This document shows, piece after piece, positions 29,687 to 38,263 of a stretch of 64,000 bases of DNA. Position 1 is the stretch's first letter. The number at the start of each line of letters is the position of its first letter. This DNA comes from Giardia intestinalis (taxonomy: Eukaryota), in NCBI GenBank assembly GCA_000002435.2, contig CM018793.1, one strand, 5' to 3'. Below the pieces are notes generated by a model. The model was not told where the DNA came from. It was given only the letters and a program-made list of their open reading frames with translations, and searched no databases. The translations under genes and the position numbers were made by a program.

Positions 29687-32290
29687 TCATAGTATTTTAT
29701 TAGAAAACCTCATGTTTACGTAGTCACACGTTTCCTTGGTAAATTGATATCTCTTAGACAAGTATAAGACCCCTTCTAAATCCCCATCAGAGCAGAGCTG
29801 TACCACAAAGCTATGTAGAGCAGCCTGCAGAAGCCATTTGCGCGTCTCAGCGGATTCACCCGATACGTCCCGACTCAGCATAAGGTTGACTGCATCACCA
29901 TAAGCTTTTACACGCATCTCCACGTCTGTGCTAAAAAGACAGGTATGCTCATATGCCCTCGAAGGCATGGAGTACGCTTTGGTATAGTGTGTGAGTGGCC
30001 GCACCGATTCATTTAGGCGACATGCAGGGCCTTTATGTCCAGGTAGATCAGTGGCCAAGGGTGCTTCCGATTCACACTGCTCCTTAAAGGCGTCGCCAGG
30101 TGTGTCACTGTCAGATAGCGTTTGAGAGCTGTGGTTACTAGTATCAGCTACATTACTTACACCGGTGTTTATCAGTAGGTGAGACAGAGTTGAAGAAGCT
30201 TCATATAGAACGTCGAAAGCACCTTGTTGATGCAAGGATGGTTTAGCCCCGAAGCTCCTCTCTATAGGTCGTTGATGAGTTGAGCAAGAATTTGCTCTAG
30301 AAAGTAAGCCTTTCGGGACTTGACTCCACAAGTCCTTTACGCATCTTTTCGCAGCACTCTTCAGAATGTGATAATCTGGTTTGGGAGTGGTAGAAACAGT
30401 AACATTGAAAAGTTCTGTAGTTGCAGTAATAGAGTAGTGATCTGTATTAGGCTCATTCTGGATTTCATTCGCTAAAGGGTTGGACTGTTTCAATTGAAGT
30501 GTGATGGTGAGCTTTGTTTCAGATGTCAGTGAAAGGTTTTTGCGTAGCATTCGTAAATAGAGTTCTGTGATCAATGGAGACACAGATTTGTCTAAAGAAA
30601 TATCGTCTTGTAGAGAGTGCACTTGTCCAGGAAGAGGTCTAGTCAGTATGCTGAGGCGCCTTAATGCCTTTGAAGATAGCGTTTCTGTAGACTTTTTGTG
30701 TATCTGTTTGCTTTCCAAGGTGTTGAGGAAAAGCTTGCGAGCTCTAGGTTGAAGCCCTTCTGTTCTGACAGGAAAAAATCCTTTCGATGCGTCATCAGTG
30801 CGCCCCTTCAGCATGGAAATTAGCTGCTTCGCTTGGTCTACGCTAATTATTTGGCAGATATCTCCAATTTGTGCACTTAGAATCTCTCCACACTTGGTAA
30901 TTCCAAGTTGTTCAGCAAATTGCTGCTCTACCTCTGAAGAAAGGCCTGGAAGAAAAGACAGAGGTCTATTAATTAACAGTGTTCTACAGGTAGATGACGT
31001 AGCAGAGAATATTCCATTAGAACCGGCCAGCTTTGTGGCAATTTGAGCTGCAAAGAGGGAGTCACCAAATCCCAAGGAGCAATGCAAGCCAGTCTCTTGA
31101 AGAACACGCTGTTGCAGTTGTAACCCTAGTGCTAAGCAACTATTACCATTAGCTGCAGAAAGACTAACGTGGCCCGATAAATCTAGAACTGCCTCGTTGT
31201 AATTCATGGGCATGATAGCTTTGCTGAACTGGCCAAGAACTTTAAATAACTCCTGACCTTTAGTATTATACATTTTGGTATCATAGCTTAGAACCTGAGT
31301 AGTGGGACAGCGTTCAAAGGCCTCTCCTACCGTCATACCAGATTCAATTCCCATTTGCTTGGCAGCCTTGGTACAGTCCAGAATAATAGCTCCATCGTTG
31401 GCTTCCTTGCTATCAAATTGGTTGGCAATAATAACGGGTGCTCCAATCAACCGTGTTCTTTCATTAGAAGACAGAAAGCTTAAGGAGGAAGATATGAAAA
31501 ATGCATCAACGTATACGTGACAAAGGACATACATGTTTTTTGAGTGTATTGGAGTGGGACCTGTTGGAGGGTGCGTTAAAAGATAGTCAGTCATTTCGAG
31601 TTTCCACGCAGACATCTGCTGATCAAAATGTTGCTTTTTGCATACAATTGGAGTTGCCCTATATGTATTTGTGACGCCGACATTTTTGTATTTAATGGAT
31701 GGGCCTCCTATGAACGATCCGCTCATCAATCTGGATCTTGGGCGCAGAAAACGCCATTGCAATAGACTCTTAGCCACTCGCATCCTTCCCTCTCTAGTAC
31801 ATTGATAGTAGTCCGCTTTGTTGAGAAACTCCTCTGGGGAAGACGGAAGCTTTTCATTTAGTAACGCCTCAATGGCCTGCAACCTAGTAACGGCTGCAGA
31901 CTCGAAATATGCATCTGGCGACTCGTCATGATTTATTGTTTCGAACTGAGCACTCTCAACTAACCGTTGCTGCGAATGACTATCGGTAGCGAAATAGTTA
32001 CGCTCGTCTAAACGCTTGTTTGAATTGAAGCAATCTATAATCCATCGAGGATGAACAACATGAATTCCAGCATCATCTATATTCCACTGTGGAGTCCTTA
32101 CTGGATCTAAAATCACGTGTGTGACAGCTGAGCTCATCTTGAAGACACAGCGTGCCCCGGCCCTAGTAGCAAGAACTCGAAGCCTGAGGGGCGAGGGAGT
32201 TGTGGGTCCCTTGCAGTAAATAGTGCAGTTGCTGAGAGGAAGATCTGCGGTGTGCAATGGTTGAGCTCGCAACAATAATCGATAGCTCAT
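29687..32290 (-). CDS. REV1: REV1-like protein: N-terminal BRCT domain followed by a Y-family (UmuC/DinB/Rev1) DNA polymerase core.
   Basis: BRCT-like THVILDPVRTPQWNIDDAGIHVVHPRWIIDCFNSNKRL (cf. human REV1 THIIATNLP...VIRPEWIVESIKAGRLL). Y-family motif I YVLCHVYVDAFFISS (cf. IMHVDMDCFFVSV). ILDCTKAAKQMGIESGMTVGEAFERCP (cf. IASCSYEARQLGIKNGMFFGHAKQLCP). Motif III MNYNEAVLDLSG (cf. SCDEALVDIT). Confidence 0.7.
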   Translation of the reverse strand: MSYRLLLRAQPLHTADLPLSNCTIYCKGPTTPSPLRLRVLATRAGARCVFKMSSAVTHVILDPVRTPQWNIDDAGIHVVHPRWIIDCFNSNKRLDERNYFATDSHSQQRLVESAQFETINHDESPDAYFESAAVTRLQAIEALLNEKLPSSPEEFLNKADYYQCTREGRMRVAKSLLQWRFLRPRSRLMSGSFIGGPSIKYKNVGVTNTYRATPIVCKKQHFDQQMSAWKLEMTDYLLTHPPTGPTPIHSKNMYVLCHVYVDAFFISSSLSFLSSNERTRLIGAPVIIANQFDSKEANDGAIILDCTKAAKQMGIESGMTVGEAFERCPTTQVLSYDTKMYNTKGQELFKVLGQFSKAIMPMNYNEAVLDLSGHVSLSAANGNSCLALGLQLQQRVLQETGLHCSLGFGDSLFAAQIATKLAGSNGIFSATSSTCRTLLINRPLSFLPGLSSEVEQQFAEQLGITKCGEILSAQIGDICQIISVDQAKQLISMLKGRTDDASKGFFPVRTEGLQPRARKLFLNTLESKQIHKKSTETLSSKALRRLSILTRPLPGQVHSLQDDISLDKSVSPLITELYLRMLRKNLSLTSETKLTITLQLKQSNPLANEIQNEPNTDHYSITATTELFNVTVSTTPKPDYHILKSAAKRCVKDLWSQVPKGLLSRANSCSTHQRPIERSFGAKPSLHQQGAFDVLYEASSTLSHLLINTGVSNVADTSNHSSQTLSDSDTPGDAFKEQCESEAPLATDLPGHKGPACRLNESVRPLTHYTKAYSMPSRAYEHTCLFSTDVEMRVKAYGDAVNLMLSRDVSGESAETRKWLLQAALHSFVVQLCSDGDLEGVLYLSKRYQFTKETCDYVNMRFSNKIL

Positions 32291-32439
32291 TCGATCTGTA
32301 AAACCTTAGCCTAACGTTGATTCACGCCTGACTGTTTTCTTCAATTGGCTAGACGCTACTTAGACGCCGCCTAGACAAAGACAGTCACCTGAGTTTTGTC
32401 TAGAGTTTTGTTGTTAACAGTTGTCACGAAAAAATTTAC

Positions 32440-33066
32440 ATGATACAGCTGAGTACTGCCGTTCTTGGCCTATGGGGATTTATCAAGGATCTGCCAGAAT
32501 ATTACAAGACCGTTTCCTTTAAGGACCCCCTCTGCGCCGTCATACTCAGCATACACGCAGTGATGATCGTAGGGCTTATATTGTCAATGAAGTCAGCTCT
32601 AGGGTCCTTGGTGATTATATTCATCCTCCTGGGTTTCTCTTATCTCACGTCTTGGATAGACGAATTCCTGCGCAGCAACGTGGCTCTACTTTTGGAGAAA
32701 AAGTACATTTCAACAGACTACTTCTTTGTCAAAGGGAAGTTCGTAGCGGCTGTTTGGACCGTGCCAATCTTCTTTTACACGGTATTTTTCTCGTTGTGTC
32801 TCATCTTAACACTCTTGAAGGAGATATTACAAGAGTGTAGGAAAAGAACTAGCAAGGCTGGATCCTCGCGCAACTCAAGGCACGAGGAAACAGAGGGTGA
32901 AATGAGCGGTTCACGCACCACGGAGAAGAGCGCAGCAAATAATATACATATGCATGGCTCAACGTCCTCTCCTAATGAACATAGTAGACACGACAAGCAT
33001 CATGGTGGACATAACAAGCACTACGCCGGACACGGGACACATGCCAATCATAAGCATGGAAAGTAA
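32440..33066 (+). CDS. Hypothetical polytopic membrane protein with a His-rich C-terminal tail (HDKHHGGHNKHYAGHGTHANHKHGK), 208 aa.
   Basis: Three to four hydrophobic helices (ILSIHAVMIVGLILS; LVIIFILLGFSYLTSW; VPIFFYTVFFSLCLILTLL). Tail with ~11 His in 40 aa. Confidence 0.45.
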   Translation: MIQLSTAVLGLWGFIKDLPEYYKTVSFKDPLCAVILSIHAVMIVGLILSMKSALGSLVIIFILLGFSYLTSWIDEFLRSNVALLLEKKYISTDYFFVKGKFVAAVWTVPIFFYTVFFSLCLILTLLKEILQECRKRTSKAGSSRNSRHEETEGEMSGSRTTEKSAANNIHMHGSTSSPNEHSRHDKHHGGHNKHYAGHGTHANHKHGK

Positions 33067-33152
33067 ATCTTGCTGCATGGCGAAACATCCTTGATATCTT
33101 TTAGAAAAACACATCAAGGTTTATATTGAGAGGGAAGTGATGTGAGTTGGCT

Positions 33153-34937
33153 TTAGGAACTGCTCAACAGGTGCATGATGCGGTCCTTACAATAAGGATC
33201 GTACGTTTTTCCAACAAACGCAGCAATCGAGATAATCTTTCCTTTAATCTCTACTTGTAAGACTGTGCGTAGTGAGTCCACTACTTGCTCAGAAAAGGGC
33301 ACCCCTATGCATATCCTCTGTAACGCAAGTTGATACACAAGTTTCCAAAGCTCTGCGCCTTGTGCCGGTCTTCTACACAACTCCTGAAGTCCTAGAACAA
33401 TCAAATGGTCTACCTCAGTTGGCAGCCCGTCTAAGCAATCTAACCGGGACGATTCCATAGCTGTCTGCGCATACTCAAGGCATTGTATTATTATCTGACG
33501 CTTGCAAGAGATCGGAGCAAAGAGAAGAAGCTTTTTGAGGATAGAGAAGTTACCAAATCTAGAATACTGAAGCAATTGACAAACTGCACATGTAAAGTCA
33601 ATATAAATAGATGGCAAAGATATAGATAAAGATCCCTTAATGTGACCCTCAAGGTGAGAGAGCGAATCACCTATGTTGGATGACATATCAACCAAAACAG
33701 ATGTCCATTCGGCCAGTTGTTCCTTTGGACTGGCATTGGATATGTCCTGTTCATCAGCTGCTTGCGAAATCGATAGACATGATGCTAGTGAAGTGAAGCT
33801 TGTTTCCTTGTTGAGACTTGAGTGCCTGCTCGACAAATCTGCACGAAAGAGCTCGTCGAAGAGGCCAAACCGAACTGCAACATAGACAATCAATAAGTTA
33901 AAGACTTGCGCCAAAGATCTTGCTGTGATATCTGTAAATGACACTGCGGACACAGGAAAAACCCTTAGAAAGCGCGTCACACGTGCCGTGGTTTCCTTAT
34001 CACCGTCGATAGATTGAGGAAGGATCTTTAACACAATATAAAGAGTGTATAGCACAGTGAAGTACTTCAATGCATGCGTTTTAGTCTCGTCGGTTTGCCA
34101 CGAGAAGCTACAATCACTATCAACGTCTAAGAGCACATCTAATAGTGCATCAGTGCAAGATTTTAAACTCTCAGTAAGAGCAGTATGTCTGACGTCTGCA
34201 CTCCCAGTATCGCGAAGCTCACTTGCCCAGAGATCAGCCAAGGCAACCCATGGAGATGCTTTGAAGGTGTCACTTTTAGCAGATTGTGAGTCAGCCAGAT
34301 AATTTCGTAGAGCTACGGATGTGACTGCAAGGAGTGACTGTTTGCGCAGTAGTGATGGAAAGAGTCTTATAATAGAATCATCAAGGCCACTTGTAATAGG
34401 TGCTTGCACTAACCGCAAAGCGTCTGCTACTATGCTGTCGCTGAGGGATCCAAAGGCTAGTTCTAACTTCAGTGAGAACACACGTCCAAGTGCAGAGACT
34501 ACGCACGGAGAAAGTGATGATACAAGGAGCAGCGTGTCTGCGGCACCCTTGCGCACCTTTGCATCTGAATCAAGGATGCTATTAAGGCAAGCATCAGCAA
34601 CCTCCACCCCTTTGTCGTATGCAAATCTTGCTCCGTGCTGCTTACAAAGCCCGTGAAGTGCCAGGACAGCCTCACGGCGTGTTAGCACAGAAGAATTCTT
34701 CAGCTGGGATATAAGAGTGCCTACCGTCTGATGCCGGGCAGATAGATATACCTCCTTACTCTTATCCACGGTGATACTCTGTTGAAGCATGTTGATGCGC
34801 TTGAAGCTCACAGAAGTGTCTGTGTAGTTTGCTGGTTTTGCAGGCTGGTGCCCAACCTTTGTGTGCTTCCGCTTGAAAGTGGCGTGCTTTTGCGAATTAC
34901 CCATTCTGTAAGATCTTTCCGGGCCCAATAAAACCAA
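33153..34937 (-). CDS. IPI1/TEX10-like protein (Rix1-complex, pre-rRNA processing), alpha-helical repeat protein, 594 aa.
   Basis: The N-terminus ATFKRKHTKVGHQPAKPANYTDTSVSFKRINMLQQ fits the Ipi1_N pattern (KKDFxKxKLKVGK...N.TDTSFKSK.I.LP.Q). It is followed by HEAT/ARM-like helical repeats. Confidence 0.5.
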   Translation of the reverse strand: MVLLGPERSYRMGNSQKHATFKRKHTKVGHQPAKPANYTDTSVSFKRINMLQQSITVDKSKEVYLSARHQTVGTLISQLKNSSVLTRREAVLALHGLCKQHGARFAYDKGVEVADACLNSILDSDAKVRKGAADTLLLVSSLSPCVVSALGRVFSLKLELAFGSLSDSIVADALRLVQAPITSGLDDSIIRLFPSLLRKQSLLAVTSVALRNYLADSQSAKSDTFKASPWVALADLWASELRDTGSADVRHTALTESLKSCTDALLDVLLDVDSDCSFSWQTDETKTHALKYFTVLYTLYIVLKILPQSIDGDKETTARVTRFLRVFPVSAVSFTDITARSLAQVFNLLIVYVAVRFGLFDELFRADLSSRHSSLNKETSFTSLASCLSISQAADEQDISNASPKEQLAEWTSVLVDMSSNIGDSLSHLEGHIKGSLSISLPSIYIDFTCAVCQLLQYSRFGNFSILKKLLLFAPISCKRQIIIQCLEYAQTAMESSRLDCLDGLPTEVDHLIVLGLQELCRRPAQGAELWKLVYQLALQRICIGVPFSEQVVDSLRTVLQVEIKGKIISIAAFVGKTYDPYCKDRIMHLLSSS

Positions 34938-34992
34938 AAAAAAGTAACTATTTCAATTTACTTTTTTGCCTTCTAAAACGGGGTCCGCTGAG

Positions 34993-35322
34993 ATGTCCAC
35001 CAAGGTTGCAACAAAGAAGGCGCAGGATTCCATCTCTCTCACGCTCACCCTAGTTGTTAAGTCAGGCAAATACACCCTTGGGACTGATCAGGCTATAAGG
35101 AATATACGAGACGGAAAGGCACAGCTGGTCTTCATGGCCAACAACTGTCCACCTTTGGTAAAGTCTCAGGTTGACTACCTTTGTCACCTATCGAAGACCC
35201 CTGTCCGTGTCTTTGCTGGATCTTCCCGTGAGTTAGGAATAGCCGTTGGTAGACAGTTCAATGTTTCTATCATGACTATTCTCGAAGCGGGGGATGCTGA
35301 TCTCACGAGCATCCTCGGTTAA
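34993..35322 (+). CDS. RPL30: 60S ribosomal protein eL30. The ORF is open from 34966; the likely ATG is at 34993.
   Basis: LVVKSGKYTLGTDQAIRNIRDGKAQLVFMANNCPPLVKSQVDYLCHLSKTPVRVFAGSSRELGIAVGRQFNVSIMTILEAGDADL aligns along its length with eukaryotic eL30 ([84 protein letters not shown]). Confidence 0.9.
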   Translation: MSTKVATKKAQDSISLTLTLVVKSGKYTLGTDQAIRNIRDGKAQLVFMANNCPPLVKSQVDYLCHLSKTPVRVFAGSSRELGIAVGRQFNVSIMTILEAGDADLTSILG

Positions 35323-35363
35323 AAGCGCCGCGACCCACTGGAAAGTAAATAACAGCTGCCGAG

Positions 35364-36755
35364 ATGTCCCATGTTCGGGTTCCCCCCGATGGTTCTCTCG
35401 GGGACGAAAGCTCCGGCTCACCAGAGTCCCCCTTCATATGGACCAGGCCATATGTCCTTCCAAGGCTGCTGGGAACCTACATCCCGGAGAAGCTCATCGG
35501 TCTGGAACAACAGCTCAAGACTGTTAAGCTGCATATTTTGGGAACTGCTCGGCATGGGATATCATCTACGCTACTTATCAGGGGGCTCCGTGGGTCGGGA
35601 AAGACTCAACTGATTGGCCTAGCTATTGCCCAAGCAACGCGAGAACTAAATAGTGATTTAGACAACAATACTTTACCCCATATTATTCAAGCGGATGCCA
35701 TCTCCGTTGACCCATTGCAGCTATGCTCAAGAATATGCTCTGTGCTGGACGAAGGCTTCGATCCTAAGAAGAGAGCGGCAAGGCATTTACTACTTGAAAA
35801 GGCTATGGAGTTGCTTGTTAATGGAGGACCAATTGTGCTAATCATAGAGAATATTGATAACTATCTGGCTTCAGGCTCTTTTCTATACAAATTATTTGAT
35901 TTATGTCACTCTGAGACACGCACGATTTGCGCTATCTACACCACGCGCGTATACAAATTTGTGTCGTCACTACCCATGCGTGTTCAGTCCAGGTTCACGT
36001 ATGAGCTTGTGGACACTATGCAGAACCTATCACTTGCACCGATCCCGACAGGCCACAATCTCAAAGAATTAGCACATAAAGCAAGCATAAGCTTTTTGAG
36101 ACAGTTCATACTAGATAGGCTCACTCTCGCTATCCCTGATAGTCACCCTTTATCAGCTGGATCCCCTGAGCCCACTCTCAAGAAGGTTGTAGACAAACAA
36201 TCTTTACTATCAATAGAATCTTCTAAACTATTTGACGTGATAGCTTGGAATGATGCACTAGAAGAAATTCTGAGGTCTCCCGAGATAGAAGATACCTTAT
36301 CATGGATAGTTTCTCTAATACGTGATTGCTACCTCTATCTGCAATTGACATCAGCGATCTACTTGAGCTTTATGAGATGCCCCAAGAAGCCTTCTGTAGA
36401 TGCATTCAACCATGCTGCAGTTTTATATATTCAATCTTCTCATCCAGATCAGCAAGCGCAAGCGCTCGAGGGTCTTTCGAATGAAGCATGCTATCTTTTG
36501 GGTGCAATAATAGATTATTGCAGATGTCAGAACAGCCCCATGTTTACTCTTTCAAATGTTATCAGCGCATTCAGCTCTGGAAAAGGAGCGCACTTATCTA
36601 CGCAAATGTATCAATTAATGCAAGCATCAATCTTCGAGCTCATTGATGGAAAGATCGTCGTTAAACGTCAAAGTAGTTGGAGGCTTGTTGTTCCAATGCC
36701 GAAGATACTTGAGTTTTCCAAGCGCCTTCCTGAAAGCATACGCATTCTATTCTGA
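35364..36755 (+). CDS. AAA+ ATPase, ORC4-like (origin recognition complex subunit 4) candidate, 463 aa.
   Basis: Walker A context LLIRGLRGSGKTQLIGLAIAQA resembles the ORC4 signature (IFGPRGSGKTMLINHAL). Walker-B-like IVLIIENIDNY. Overall size appropriate. The ORC4-versus-other-clamp-loader assignment is not secure. Confidence 0.45.
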   Translation: MSHVRVPPDGSLGDESSGSPESPFIWTRPYVLPRLLGTYIPEKLIGLEQQLKTVKLHILGTARHGISSTLLIRGLRGSGKTQLIGLAIAQATRELNSDLDNNTLPHIIQADAISVDPLQLCSRICSVLDEGFDPKKRAARHLLLEKAMELLVNGGPIVLIIENIDNYLASGSFLYKLFDLCHSETRTICAIYTTRVYKFVSSLPMRVQSRFTYELVDTMQNLSLAPIPTGHNLKELAHKASISFLRQFILDRLTLAIPDSHPLSAGSPEPTLKKVVDKQSLLSIESSKLFDVIAWNDALEEILRSPEIEDTLSWIVSLIRDCYLYLQLTSAIYLSFMRCPKKPSVDAFNHAAVLYIQSSHPDQQAQALEGLSNEACYLLGAIIDYCRCQNSPMFTLSNVISAFSSGKGAHLSTQMYQLMQASIFELIDGKIVVKRQSSWRLVVPMPKILEFSKRLPESIRILF

Positions 36756-36757
36756 AT

Positions 36758-37201
36758 CTATTCCTCTGTAACATATTTCAACAGCTCATGGACCTTCTCC
36801 TCAGCGTCAGCACTTAGGGGGTCTCGCTCTACATCAAGATATGCCTTCATTTCTGCATCTGTCATATTGGAGAGAAGATCGGACACATATTGCGCACCAC
36901 CATCTAAGAGACTATTGAGTCCAATTCTTTCCGCTATCTCCAATGTAGATAGCAACTCTTCTTTGCTCAGCAATAAGAAGAACTGCTGCCGTAGCTCTTT
37001 GTTTTTCTGTGCGTCCTGCGATGATATGGACCCTTTTCCAAAAGTTGATATCCATTCCACGACGTGCTCGACTATGGCTGAGGGATAATCCAATTTGAGT
37101 TTTCCGTCCTCGACCAACTCCCTGTGATTAGCAAGAAGCGCGTCTAACTCTGCAGCCCCAACTTTCCATGTCTTTCCGTCCGATGCCACCAACTCTAGCA
37201 T
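36758..37201 (-). CDS. SKP1: SKP1 (SCF ubiquitin-ligase adaptor) homologue, 147 aa.
   Basis: N-terminus LELVASDGKTWKVGAAELDALLANHRELVEDGKLKLDYPSAIVEHVVEWI matches the SKP1 POZ-like pattern (L.SSDG..F.V....A..S..I..M.ED......P.PNV...IL.KVI.W). The C-terminal dimerisation region ...SNMTDAEMKAYLDVERDPLSADAEEKVHE parallels [26 protein letters not shown]. Convergent with the previous gene; the stops are 2 nt apart. Confidence 0.65.
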   Translation of the reverse strand: MLELVASDGKTWKVGAAELDALLANHRELVEDGKLKLDYPSAIVEHVVEWISTFGKGSISSQDAQKNKELRQQFFLLLSKEELLSTLEIAERIGLNSLLDGGAQYVSDLLSNMTDAEMKAYLDVERDPLSADAEEKVHELLKYVTEE

Positions 37202-37303
37202 TAACGGTGCTAAATATTTCTATCAGTTTCACCAATTCACCAAAAATGATTATAAATTGCGTAAAGTAACGCTGTTTCAGTCGCTGCTTAGCCCTACTTT
37301 TAA

Positions 37304-38227
37304 ATGCAGACCACAGAAGGTGTAGCGGAGCAGTCTTCTTGCTATGTTGATGATAAAACAGGGCTCCCAATCATGATCGCGGGGTTGCCATATAAGGATC
37401 TTGTTCTCCTACTCACAGCAATCAACGAGAGTGTTTTACAATCAGCTCAAGCGACCGCTAGGTTGGATCCCCTTTCCGTGCCACTTCCTGCAACTCTTCC
37501 AGCCCTACCATCGATCGAAGTGGGCCATTGGCCGGCACCAAACCTGCCTCCGCCGTTGACCACCGTCGCTCCTGCCTTCCTTAGCCCGGTGAAGCAGGCG
37601 CCAATCTCCTGGGCGTATGTGGCAAAGCGGTCATCGCTGCCTGAAGGAATCTGTCGAACCGTTTGGGGCCGGTTGCAGGAGTCAGTAGGTCTCTGCACAA
37701 GCACGAGTAGCACTTCTACACAAGATCACTCTTTGGTTAGAATGCGCCAGCCTGGGCTTTCAGCACTAGGGGGACCGGGCGTACTCGAACCATACAGACA
37801 CTCGTTACTGTCTTCTGGGCGGACAAAGATTTCAGTCTCCACCGCCCCTCCCACAATCGGAGCACAACCTAAACCTGTAGTACCAGAGATATTGCAAAAG
37901 AAGAGGTTTTCAGAGGCGGAGGACCGACTGCTCCTGATGGCACTTCTCCTCCATGACGGAAATTATGAGCTTATTCAAAGCAAATACTTTCCCTTCTATC
38001 AACTTAATTACGTGAAATCACGCTATACAGCCACGCTCAAGAAGCATGCTATGACTAATGCAGGTTTAGTCAAGGCTAGCGATCTAAAGAGCATACTCAG
38101 TGAAAAGTCTGGCACCAAGATCCAGCTGGAGCTTTTATATCTATTCCCATGGTTGAAGTCGGCCCACATCACAGAGGATCTCCTGATAGATACTGCTAGA
38201 AAGATAGGCTGCCTTCCATATCGATAA
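37304..38227 (+). CDS. Hypothetical protein, 307 aa, with a possible SANT/Myb-like helix (FSEAEDRLLLMALLLHDGNYELIQSKYFPF).
   Basis: Long ORF in the dominant coding orientation. The SANT resemblance is weak. Confidence 0.35.
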   Translation: MQTTEGVAEQSSCYVDDKTGLPIMIAGLPYKDLVLLLTAINESVLQSAQATARLDPLSVPLPATLPALPSIEVGHWPAPNLPPPLTTVAPAFLSPVKQAPISWAYVAKRSSLPEGICRTVWGRLQESVGLCTSTSSTSTQDHSLVRMRQPGLSALGGPGVLEPYRHSLLSSGRTKISVSTAPPTIGAQPKPVVPEILQKKRFSEAEDRLLLMALLLHDGNYELIQSKYFPFYQLNYVKSRYTATLKKHAMTNAGLVKASDLKSILSEKSGTKIQLELLYLFPWLKSAHITEDLLIDTARKIGCLPYR

Positions 38228-38263
38228 CCCCAAAGTAAATTTCCTACAACTACTTCAGCTCCG

